Shown: one piece after another, positions 51,171-62,340 of the stretch | Position numbering within the stretch: the stretch's first letter is position 1 | Layout of the letters: the number at the start of each line of letters is the position of its first letter | Source: Strigamia acuminata | Taxonomy: Eukaryota | Assembly (NCBI GenBank): GCA_949358305.1 | Contig: OX442314.1 | Coordinates: 25,358,001-25,422,000 of the forward strand | DNA length: 64,000 nucleotides | Reading direction: 5' to 3' | Program-made: the position numbers and the translations under genes | Notes under the pieces: generated by a model | Seen by the model: only the letters and a program-made list of their open reading frames with translations | The model's database searches: none | What the model was told of the DNA's origin: nothing

Positions 51171-52704
51171 GCTTTAGTTTGACAACAGGAAATACCACTG
51201 TCATATTTAAATTGACCAACCACTCTTTACTATCTGCAAATCAACTAATTCCTCGGTTGAAAAGAAGGGAGGGAGTTAAAGAGTTGTGGGCACGAGACCA
51301 TCTGCCAGCTAACGGCGTCCGTTTGGAGCCAAAATCTCCAGGTGTCAGTTTAATACGTCACTGAGAGTAAGGACGGAGGAGGGAGCCAGGCACGAGCCTT
51401 GTCACGTGCCGCAAGTAAAACCGTTTTTCCTTCTATGTTTGTAGACATTGGAAAAAAATGTCATAAAACTTTTTCCGCATCATCCAACTAACATCTAGTC
51501 AAATATTTTTCCTTCTACAAATAAAGGGGAATGTAATGTAGGGGTAAACATTCAACTTTTATATCACCCCTCACCTTCTCGCATTTTTTTCCTTTCTTTC
51601 ATGTAAACGCAAACAGTTGTTGGGAAAACAATATATTTTTTTTTTTTGCTTTGAACTCAATTTTAGAATTTTATCAAACAAAATAAAAAAAATCTTTCTA
51701 AAGACAACTTTCGATTCGATTTAAAAAAAAAAAATAAATAAAACTTAAAAATATTTAATTATTTCAAAAGTTCCGCGATTTTCCGATAGATGGCGCATAA
51801 AGTCCAATCTCGACTCGCTGTGGCTTTTTCACGAGCAGATGTTTCTTTTCACTACAATTTATATATCAACTTTAAAATAGGAGTTTTAAACATCCAATTT
51901 CGCTAAAAAAAATTAAAAAATATATAAATAAATAAATAAAATATCTAATTTCAACTTCTGGAATAAAAATAACGCACGAAATCACGTAAAACCATCAAAA
52001 AAATTCAAATTAATTTATTTGCGGTGTCAATTTCGCAGTGATAATAACCTTCAAAATTTCAGATGCTTATTTTCCTGGAACTTGATAACAGTGCTTGTAT
52101 CCCAAATATTACATCACAAAGCCACAACAGTATTATGCCAACTGTGACCTCCAAGACAAAAAAACCAGTACAATGTAATAATGCATCGGCGAATGAACGA
52201 GTTAAAAAATAATTAAAACAAAAAAAGGAATGCGAAAAGAAGAAATAATCATAAATGTAGGAACCGTGTCGCGTGCAGCAATGGATTCTTCAAAATTAAC
52301 GAATACCCAGAAGGTGATGACCTTCCAGAACTGGCATGACCACTCTTCATTACCTTCCCACCTGGATGGACTTTGATCACCTGAGGACAGATCCTTGCTA
52401 TGACCACTGGGAAAAAGCTTTCAGATCTAAATTATAAAATTTTTCCATAGCCAGCAAATACATTCCCATTTTTAAAAAAAAAAACTTTGTTTATCTTTTA
52501 GCCCCTGCAAGATCTGCTTTGCTGCACTGCACCAACAAAGAAAATCAGCATAACGTAGGAACAAATTTAAATAACAATTTTTAAACAATTATTTTGGCAT
52601 AAATTTCTTTAATGACAGAACTTCACACAGATGCATGGTAAAAGCTCTGATAAAACACCCGCGCTCTATTGACAGAGATTTAGAGATTCAGTTCAATTAG
52701 TTCG

Positions 52705-53203
52705 GTCAATTTAAACATTTATTTTAGTGTTCATGATCAATTTGGACATTTTTAAGTGTTTTTAATCGATTTAGACTTTAATTTAAGTGTTTCTGATCGA
52801 TTTAGACTTTAAGTGTTTCTGATCGATTTAGACTTTAATTTAAGTGTTTCTGATCGATTTAGACTTTAATTTAAGTGTTTCTGATCGATTTAGACTTTAA
52901 TTTAAGTGTTTCTGATCGATTTAGACATTTATTTAAATGTTTTGATCGATTTAGACATTTATTTAAATGTTTTGATCAATTTAGACATTTTTAAAGTGTT
53001 TTTAATCGATTTAGACATTTATTTAAATGTTTTAATCGATTTAGACATTTATTTAAGTGTTTTAATCGATTTAGACATTTATTTAAGTGTTTTTAATCGA
53101 TTTAGACATTTATTTAAGTGTTTTTAATCGATTTAGACATTTATTTAAATGTTTTGATCAATTTAGACATTTATTTAAGTATTTTTAATCGATTTAGACA
53201 TTA
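52705..53203. repeat. 30-31 bp minisatellite (GATCGATTTAGACATTTATTTAAGTGTTTT)n
   Basis: About 16 tandem copies. It explains ORF 52906-53127. Confidence 0.95.
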
Positions 53204-55034
53204 ATTCAATTCGTACTGCAAGTGATTTTCCTCCTACAAACAAGCAGGTACACATTTAGCATGACAAAAAACCCTATTTTTACATTGCACGTAACCGGAG
53301 CGCACGAGTCGCACGCGCCGCGCACGAGTTCTCGGTTTGGGGGATTATGTTTCAATCGTGTGATGTGTGGGCCGTGCACAGGGATCCACCTGTGGGTGGG
53401 GGAGAAAAAGCGAGCGAGAGCGAGCGAGAGAGAGAGAGGCAGGTGAGGAGGTACAAAGAACTCCCCCCACAACCCCCACCTTCCAACTAAAGTCCCTCGC
53501 CCATTCTTCAAACTGGGATTTAAATTTCAGTAACAAAAAAGGAACAGTAAAACACCTCACCTGCTCCATACACCTACACCCCCATGCAAACCATTTCCAA
53601 AATTTATTATTTCAACTACCAAAGTACCAAACACAAAATAAATAAACTTTCTACCTCCAAAGATCCCCTCAACCCTTTTCTCAAGTATTTTTACACCTGA
53701 AAATTTTCCACGCCTCTAAATACTCATACACAGCTACTTGTGGTTTCAAAGGGGTTTGGATTTGGGGGCAAACCAGTTTTCTCTCTTTTCACACTCAACT
53801 TGAGCAGGTGAGGTGCTACTAACATCCACCTTGATGCATGGCAAACACCCCCGCTAAGAAACATCCCTCTAGACAAAGGTGTGGGTGGTCTTTTTACTGT
53901 CTTAGAAAGAGGGGCGCCACAGTGGAAACTCGAAAGTTGCTTTTTTCGCGATGAAAAGCATCTTTTTTCAATTTTTTTTTTCTTTCCCCTCTCCAACTCA
54001 ATTCGGTGTCTTCGAACCGTGACAGGCGAAGCATGAAATAAAGACCACAATGTTATTTTTTTTGGGTTCAAACTAGAAAAGAAGTTTTAAAGTGTTTGCG
54101 ATCGAAGAAAGCGATTTAATTACTGCGAAATGAAGGATGGAACTGATCGAGACAATATATGCAAATTACACGCTCCAATTGGCCTTGAAAATGTGTGCAA
54201 ATGTATTGTATGCAAACTATGCTGACTCGTGTTTTAATAACCCTTCGTTTCTCACACCAACAGAGTTTTAGTACAGTCTCACCGACTTCCCGTTTAACGA
54301 CATTGAAATTGCTAACTAAATAATAAAGGAATGAACTATGGAAAACGGCTAAACTTAATTATATTCATTTTCTTTGTCAACCCCCATCATTATTAAAGAC
54401 TTTTCTCGCTTTAACTAATCAAGCTCTCACGTTTGTTTAATATTGTGTTGCAGGGAAGCGCGTTTCGTGCTCGAGGCCTAATCCTAAGAAAGATTAACTA
54501 AGACAGCTCCTGTTTGCACACTCACTTGAGCATTGATCTATCACTGCAGTTAACTTGCCTTGATAAATTAGGCTTATTTAGACCCACTGTCAGGGTTGTG
54601 GAGACTGGAGAAGGGAATCATCACGTAAGTTAGAGTATAAGGTGGAGTGAAGAGCGGTGTAATTTTCGTGGCCATCCAACCCAGCCATTACTTGCTTGTC
54701 GGCTCCAATAAACTCGCGCACATCAATGCGAAGACAAAAGGTAATTTCATGCTGTTGTGAAGTTCTGTAACAAGATGGATGTTTTCTCGCACCTTTAAAC
54801 GTCTAATCTAAACAGTTCACTTGTAATGTGTGGAAGAATTCCGAGTGGATTCATCACGTCAAAGACAAAAGAATTCGAAAAATTAAAGTAGCGAAAAAGA
54901 AAAAGAAAAAAAAACAATGGAGAGCTGACACATCGTATAATATAAATGGGTTTGGATTGGTTCAGCAAAATTTGCGTAAGTGAAATTCTTTTGAGTTTGA
55001 AATAAAATAAAATTCAGTTTTTCTAGATTAAAGA

Positions 55035-55450
55035 TTAATTTTTTCAAGCGAAAATTTATTTTTTCAATCGAAAATTTATTTTTTCAATCGAAAATTTATT
55101 TTTTTAATCAAAAATTTATTTTTTGGACCGATAATTCACTTTTTTTGGACTGAAAATTCATTTTTTGGACTGAAAATTCATTTTTTGGACCAAAAATTCA
55201 TTTTTTGAACCAAAAATTCATTTTTTGAACCAAAAGTTCATTTTTTGAACCAAAAATTCATTTTTTTTAGACCTAAATTCATATTTACGCCCAAAAATTT
55301 ATTTTTTTAGACCTAAATTCATATTTACGCCCAAAAATTTATATTAACGCCCAAAAAATTTATATTTACGCCCGAATAATTCATTCTAAACCCGAAAAAA
55401 TTTATTCTGAAACCAAAAAAATTCATTTTTAGGCCAAAACACTCATTTTC
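55035..55450. repeat. ~20-bp minisatellite (AAAATTCATTTTTTGRACCA and variants)
   Basis: Tandem copies with gradual variant drift. Confidence 0.88.
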
Positions 55451-57037
55451 TTTTACTAAAAACATTCCATTTTGGTAAAAAACATTCCATACTAAGTGAT
55501 TTATTCGAATTAATGCAAATATTTCCAGTCATTTAAGCAAATACTCTGTAATTTCAGCATTCTAATTCTCTTCGCAATAAATAAAACTCCTGTAATTTCT
55601 ATGGCAGTGCTTCTTTACTCGTCCCAATCTTTTGTTCTAGGCAACATCCTTGTAACAACACAAGGTCGTAATGCATGAATGCATTTGAAACAAGTGCAGA
55701 AACACTTTACCACCAAGTCATGCAATCTGAGAAATCACACAGCAAGTGCCGCATTTACTATTTAAAAAAAGAAAAGAAAAAAAAAGAAAAGAAAAAAAAA
55801 TAAAAGAAAAAAACCCCAGCTCAACCATGCATTCAAAATGGCGTCTGAGCAACTAAGAAAATGATCACAGACCCCTCGAAGTAATCAGTTCGAGCAATGG
55901 GCATGAAAAGATGACCAGGTAGCCACGCGTTCGCGCGTGCCCAACCCACTTGCACAAAAATTCACGAAGAAAAAAAAAAAAACCAAAAAAAAAACCAAAA
56001 AAAAAAAATAGTTGTCAGTGTCTAAAATTGCCTGTAATTTTCTTCATTATACATCACACCTTTTTTCCCATCAACACAAATAAAAATTTCCTTCTCGCCT
56101 TTCGAGATTTCAACATTTTTATCAAGACATTTGATCGAAAGGTCGAACAAAACAAATTCATAATTCCAAAAGAAAAAAAAAAGAAAAAATAATAATAATA
56201 AAATGTCTATAGGGTGGAGTTGTGCATGTGTACCCCAATCAAGGAATTAATGCAAGAAGGAAGAGACTTTTCCTTATTCAGGTGTCATGAGAACAGTGAG
56301 CCAGATCAAAGATTAGAGCTTCAACTCATCTTAAACATCAACATAATGGGCTTGAAATAATAGTCGCAAAGGGTTATTTTCATTTCACATGCACGATGAG
56401 AAAAGCACAGCAGTGATTACTGATGAGCAGAGCAATTTGTCCACTCTCATTACTTATGACCAACCACACACACACACACACCGTGTGGGTAGAAACAGCT
56501 CGTACATTACATCATCCGTGGCAGCAGGCAGATGGCTCGGCCGAATGCTTCGCGAGCATAATAATACGGTCAAGTGGACATTTTCCGCTGTGGTTTGACA
56601 TGCTTATTAGAATTGCATTTGCATTTCTCAAATGAATTTGTGTGGCCGATCATTTAGAGTTAATTATATTAATCATGGCTACGTGGAACAAATTGTCAAA
56701 TGGCTACTGCGCTCAGATTTAACTTATGGATTTTATCACAGCTGGAAAGAGTTTAATTAGACATCAAATTAAATTGTGGAAAAACGGGGAGTTTGTAGAA
56801 CTTTTGGCTCGCACACGTAGAATGGCTAGCGTATATGTTCATTAGAGATTTCGTATTTTTTTTTTTTTTTTTTTTAGCGAATATCAAGGAAAGAAGTTTT
56901 GAACAGTTTGGGCCCTGCACCAGCTAAGAATTCATCGATTTTATATTGACGTTAAAAACAATAGACAAAAAATGATATTATTGAGTTAGACAAAGACGTA
57001 TGTAAGTTTTTTAAAATGAAATTTTGATTTATTTTAT

Positions 57038-57915
57038 GAATTTGATCAGATTTTTAATAAAATTAAATGAAATTTGATCAGATTTTGGTGAAATTTGATC
57101 AGATTTTGGTAAAATTTGATCAGATTTTGGTGAAATTTGATCAGATTTTGGTGAAATTTGATCAGATTTTGGTGAAATTTGATCAGATTTTGGTGAAATT
57201 TGATCAGATTTTGGTGAAATTTGATCAGATTTTGGTGAAATTTGATCAGATTTTGGTGAAATTTGATCAGATTTTGGGGAAATTTGATCAGATTTTGGTG
57301 AAGTTTGATCAGATTTTGGTGAAATTTGATCAGATTTTGGTAAAATTTGATAAAATTTGATCAGATTTTGGTGAAATTTGATCAGATTTTGGTGAAATTT
57401 GATCAGATTTTGGTGAAATTTGATCAGATTTTGGTGAAATTTGATCAGATTTTGGGGAAATTTGATCAGATTTTGGTGAAGTTTGATCAGATTTTGGTGA
57501 AATTTGATCAGATTTTGGTAAAATTTGATAAAATTTGATCAGATTTTGGTGAAATTTGATGAAATTTAATCAGATTTTGGTTAAATTCAATAAAATGTTT
57601 TCAGATTTTGATGAAATTTAATGAAATTTGATCAGATTTTGATGAAATTTAATGAAATTTGATCAGATTTTTGTAAAATTCAATGAAATTTGATCAGATT
57701 TTTGTAAAATTCAATGAAATTTGATCAGATTTTTGTAAAATTCAATGAAATTTGATCAGATTTTTGTAAAATTCAATGAAATTTGATCAGATTTTTGTAA
57801 AATTCAATGAAATTTGATCAGATTTTTGTAAAATTCAATGAAATTTGATCAGATTTTTGTAAAATTCAATGAAATTTGATCAGATTTTTGTAAAAATCAA
57901 TGAAATTTGATCAAA
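57038..57915. repeat. Compound minisatellite: 21-bp (GAAATTTGATCAGATTTTGGT)n then 31-bp (GAAATTTGATCAGATTTTTGTAAAATTCAAT)n
   Basis: Directly visible. It explains the VKFDQIL ORFs. Confidence 0.96.
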
Positions 57916-60900
57916 CTTGACTAAAACTCCCAAATTGTATCACATCTGTACAAAGCCACACTTATAAAGTATTACCAATTATTCAACAAACTTCAACTTT
58001 CCTTACGACAACAACACACGTCGGGCCCCGGGCCCCTTCAAACCGCTTCCTCCGCCCTCTCCTCGGCCCTATGCAAACTAGTCACGATTTTAAAACTTAA
58101 AAATTTCCACCATGCAGCCAATAAACATCCTGCTTGCAACGCCACAACCGTATTCTATTGGTCACTACTTGTGATTTCATTAATACACACCCGTACTATT
58201 TAAAAAAAAAAATGTAACTTCCGCCATTTTTGTCCAACCAAAGTGCCTATCCTTTATTGATTTTTATCCCCAAACCCCCATCCCTTTTCCATCAGGCTTG
58301 TATCCAACAGTTTTGCTGTATGAAAAATGAATCTTTTCAATTTCCACGCTCTTCATTGTCTGCTTTTATCATGAAAAACGACTCCCTTAAGCCATGAAGG
58401 GGCCGGGACTTTCACCTTTTACTAGGTGTGGGGGAAGAAGTTTTCATTTTCAACAAACCTCCCTTCTATATCTGCCCCACCCGACCCTTCCCTTCCCCAT
58501 CACATCCCTCCTTTTCCCAACACCTCACAAAAGAATGGCTGTTATTATTAGAAAATCCGTCAAGGTAGCTTCCACCTTCTGGGATAGGCCCACGTGCCAA
58601 TGGCCGATACCCCTTTGAAGCCAACGCTTGTTTATGACCACATCCCCACTGCGAGTCAATGTCCTTCGTCGGCAGGGGTGCTGATGGACGATTAGGAAGT
58701 GCAAGCGTGGTGGACTTCCTCCCCAAAGAGGGGGAGGCTTATTATTATCGTGTGCTGCTCGTTGCTACCGAAGTCATTGGCCTTTTCAAGACTATTTGGA
58801 GGTGGGTTCGTGTTCCTTGCATAGAACACTCGCTCAACACTAGCTCGGCCAATGTAAAACGACCACTTTTGATGGACGACATCATCCGAGGACTGGTTGT
58901 CGCCAGAGAAAGAGAAAGTGCTAAATGGATGACTATTCTTGCAAGGTGCGGACACCCCAAATGAAAAAAGTTCTGCAGAATTTGACATGCTATGCAGAAA
59001 AGTATTCTGTCAAACACGAATTATATACAATATATTGTAAAATGTATTTTTGAACCATTTGGGCGAAGGACTGGTTGCGTCGCTGATAAAATGGACGACT
59101 GGTTGCGAGATGCGGAGTGTGGGTTGTGTTGTATCTTTTGCCCCCATCTCACCTGTTGGCAACGAAGGGGTTGAATTAAGATCTCATTATGCTCCGATAG
59201 ATTCACGGACCAGGACCACACAGGTGTAGCTGCCCTCTAGACATTATAAAGTGCATTTCTTCTGGAGTTGTTGTTTGGAATTACTGATTGACTCGCGTCA
59301 AGATCTCAATACAAGAAAAAAAGGCTGAAATTGGGAGTGCGGGATGATCTGTAGTGGTGTCACGAGCGCGGCGCTGATTATCGATGATTTAGAAAGTCGA
59401 TCAGAAAAAATTATTGTGGCTTCGGAATGGAATAAATCCGGATAAGAAATGTGTCTTTTTTGTCGGGGTATTTAATTACAGTAAATAGATGGTATCCTAC
59501 ATCAGGTTTTTGCGGACAAAAAAACAAATTTATTCGTCAGAAGGAATAAGTTGAAAAGAACCACAAATTAACACGTTCATTTAAATTCATGAATTCTTTA
59601 AATGTCGGTGCGCGAGTTTTTTGATGTCGTCGTAATAATAATAATATTTAAAACATCGCTTTTTTAAAATAATAATAATAAAAAAACCAACCTATGCTGT
59701 CCAGATGGTCAACCGAGTTGAGTGGACGCTTCAGAGGTTAGATGAAGGCAGGCGATAAGCAGATGCTTTCTAAGATGCTTGTACGAGATAAAAATTCTTG
59801 TCGCCACAATTATACGTTATTAGCGTATTAGAAGTGCAACTTGGGAATAACAAGTTCCACGTACAGAAATATTTTTCAATAAAAAAGATTAGATAATTAC
59901 ACGGTGCAAAAAAAAGTGTAATCAGGTGTAAAGCTGTCCAAGATGCACACCTCATGTTATATGGGTGTAAATCTTTTATGACCACCTGAGCCACGTGTAA
60001 AACAACAAGTTTAGGTGCAAGCTTGCACCTTGTTGCACCCAAACGCAGAAAACTATAACAGGCACAAACAGCAGTCACAAATGTGCATGAATAAAATCTA
60101 TAAATCCAAAAAGCACAGATTTTTTTTTACCATTTATTGTTTACATTAAAAGTTAACGTTATGTTAACGTAAATGTGTCCCTGCTTGTGTGATGTATACC
60201 CCGACCGAGCGATGCGGGTGTATCACGGGTATATCACTCAATTCAAATTATAAGAGTTTCTTCAAATAACGTTAACATTAATTTAATAATAGAAAAATGA
60301 CAATATTTACAATAAATAAAAGGTAAAATAAACACTCAACACAGAGCCTAATGACCATTCTATAATTACTGTTCAGTTGTTGGTTCTTGGAACAGATGCA
60401 TAGACTCATGCATCACACTAGCCCCCTTTCGCGTTATTACAAAAAAACTGATTATTCTATACTTATGGCACGCACCGTAAATGCAGAAGTAAAGTAATTC
60501 AATTTTGCAAATAGTTTTGTATACTTAATGGCAAACTATCGAGATAAGATATTGTTCTACTCATCACTGCACCGCAGCGAATCATTAATCTTGGTGAACA
60601 GTCCTTATGGCAACCGCATTCATAGCAGCGGAACTGAGCAATTACAGGTGTGTATACTACACCACTTAGTTTAGAGCTCGTTAAAAAATGCAATTTAATT
60701 TTTATAGAATCTATTTCATGAAATTTTTATACCAATAAAACTGCATTTAATTTTCAATTCAATAAACCCCACAATAAAATATGTAATCATAAAACAAGCT
60801 ATAATTAAATCCCTTTAAAAAATTTTTAATTTTTTCTTTTAAAAATTCAATTAAGATAATGAAATCATTGCTACTAATTCACTTTTTACATATCTCCCAC

Positions 60901-61789
60901 TATTATCATCCTGAAACTAATTAGAAAACAAAGTGCAGCACAAATCTTTTATCTCCATCAATAATAAACCAAAAAAAAAAAAATAATAAAAATTAATTTA
61001 AAAAAAAAAAATCCTTTTAAACCTGGAACTAAGCACAGGGCTGACCACAAGCCAATGGCGTCACGGTATTATATCGTGATCAGGTCGTGCTGCCTCCAGC
61101 ACTCATGCAAGATGATACACCAGCTGGAATCCCATACCTAAAGAAAGGCAACAAACAACATGACTGCACACCGACTGCACTATTTAATTATACATGTCAG
61201 ATGACATATAAAATCTTAATTTATACTTTAAACGAATTAATTCAAATGTGCCACTATTAAAAAAAAACCGTGCAGTTTTAAATTGTTGCAGAATAAAAAC
61301 GTTTGTAACATTTATTCCAAACAGTCAATTAAAAATAAATGTGCAAAGACTGTCTGGAACTTTGTCCAGTTCTCCATTGTCGAAGTTCCAGGAACTCTTA
61401 AACTTCCTGCTAAAGTTCAAGCAAATAATGAATGCATTCAATCTGCGCCTCCAAAAGCGAATTCTTTATGATATGACACATGTTGGGTCGCTTTTCTCAT
61501 TTCAATTAACTACTTTTTAAAATTCTAAAAGAATTTAAACTAACCCGTGCTAAAAAAAAAGCTGAAGAGTTTTGAAATCAATGTACGATCATTTTTTGAC
61601 AATTTAATCATTTGAATATCACAATACCCATACGGTTCAAAAATATATTTTACAACATATTGCTTTTCACTTGATGTATTCTGATACGTACAGCATTTCA
61701 TGGAATTAAATATATTATTTGATATTTGTACACTGAATAATGCACTTCATAATGCACTTGCAATTGAAAAAATTCATTTTAACTTAAGA

Positions 61790-62033
61790 TGACGAAGATA
61801 AGTTGGATAGTACTAATTTGATGGTGCTCTACAACTTTGTAATCGGAAATTTTGCTCTATCTCGACCAGTTAACGGGTTAGCAAATAAATAGTGCATTGT
61901 TGCATGTCTGGCATAAAATTGGATTACACCCCTATTGGATCTCTACTTTGCTTTAAGCTGGTCTGCTTGGTTTTTTGAAAAAGCAGATACTTATTCTGGA
62001 AATTGACTGTAACGTCTTAAACGAAACACCCTG
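61790..62033 (-). mobile_element. Tc1/mariner-type element end (…GAAACACCCTG|TA)
   Basis: CACCCTG|TA terminus. An internal block is related in inverted orientation to the neighbouring element. Left boundary approximate. Confidence 0.5.
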
Positions 62034-62051
62034 TACAAGTACGTATATATA

Positions 62052-62340
62052 CAGGGTGGTTCAGAAAGTCTGGTTCACAGTAAATAATTCCCAAACTATT
62101 CTAGATGTTGATTCAGTAAAATGATTGTAAGGGTAGTATGTCGGGGGAAATCCAATTATGACATCCAATTTGACCTTTGAGGTCATCTTCAAGGTCATCC
62201 ATATTATAACTCGAGAACCGTGACAGATAGAGAGAAAAAGTGAAGTAGAAAGTTGTAGAGCATTATCCAATTAGTCTAGAACTGTTCTTAAAAAAATTAT
62301 TTCTTACTGAAAAGTTTTGAGAAAAAAGGTCTGAAACATT
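62052..62340 (+). mobile_element. Tc1/mariner-type element end (TA|CAGGGTGGTTCAGAAAG…)
   Basis: TA|CAGGGTG terminus after a (TA)n tract, with an internal TGACCTTTGAGGTCA palindrome. Right boundary approximate. Confidence 0.55.

Noticed and set aside
57067..57538. (VKFDQIL)n ORFs; also ORFs at 45087-45417, 50612-51094 and 52906-53127
   Set aside because: Stop-free frames of tandem repeats.
9442..61082. 13-nt direct match tatatcgtgatca at 9442 and 61070
   Set aside because: Many 13-mers recur by chance at this length, and flank similarity is weak.
61354..61391. 11-bp stem-loop CTGGAACTTTG...CGAAGTTCCAG
   Set aside because: The stem does not extend and is too short for a pre-miRNA.
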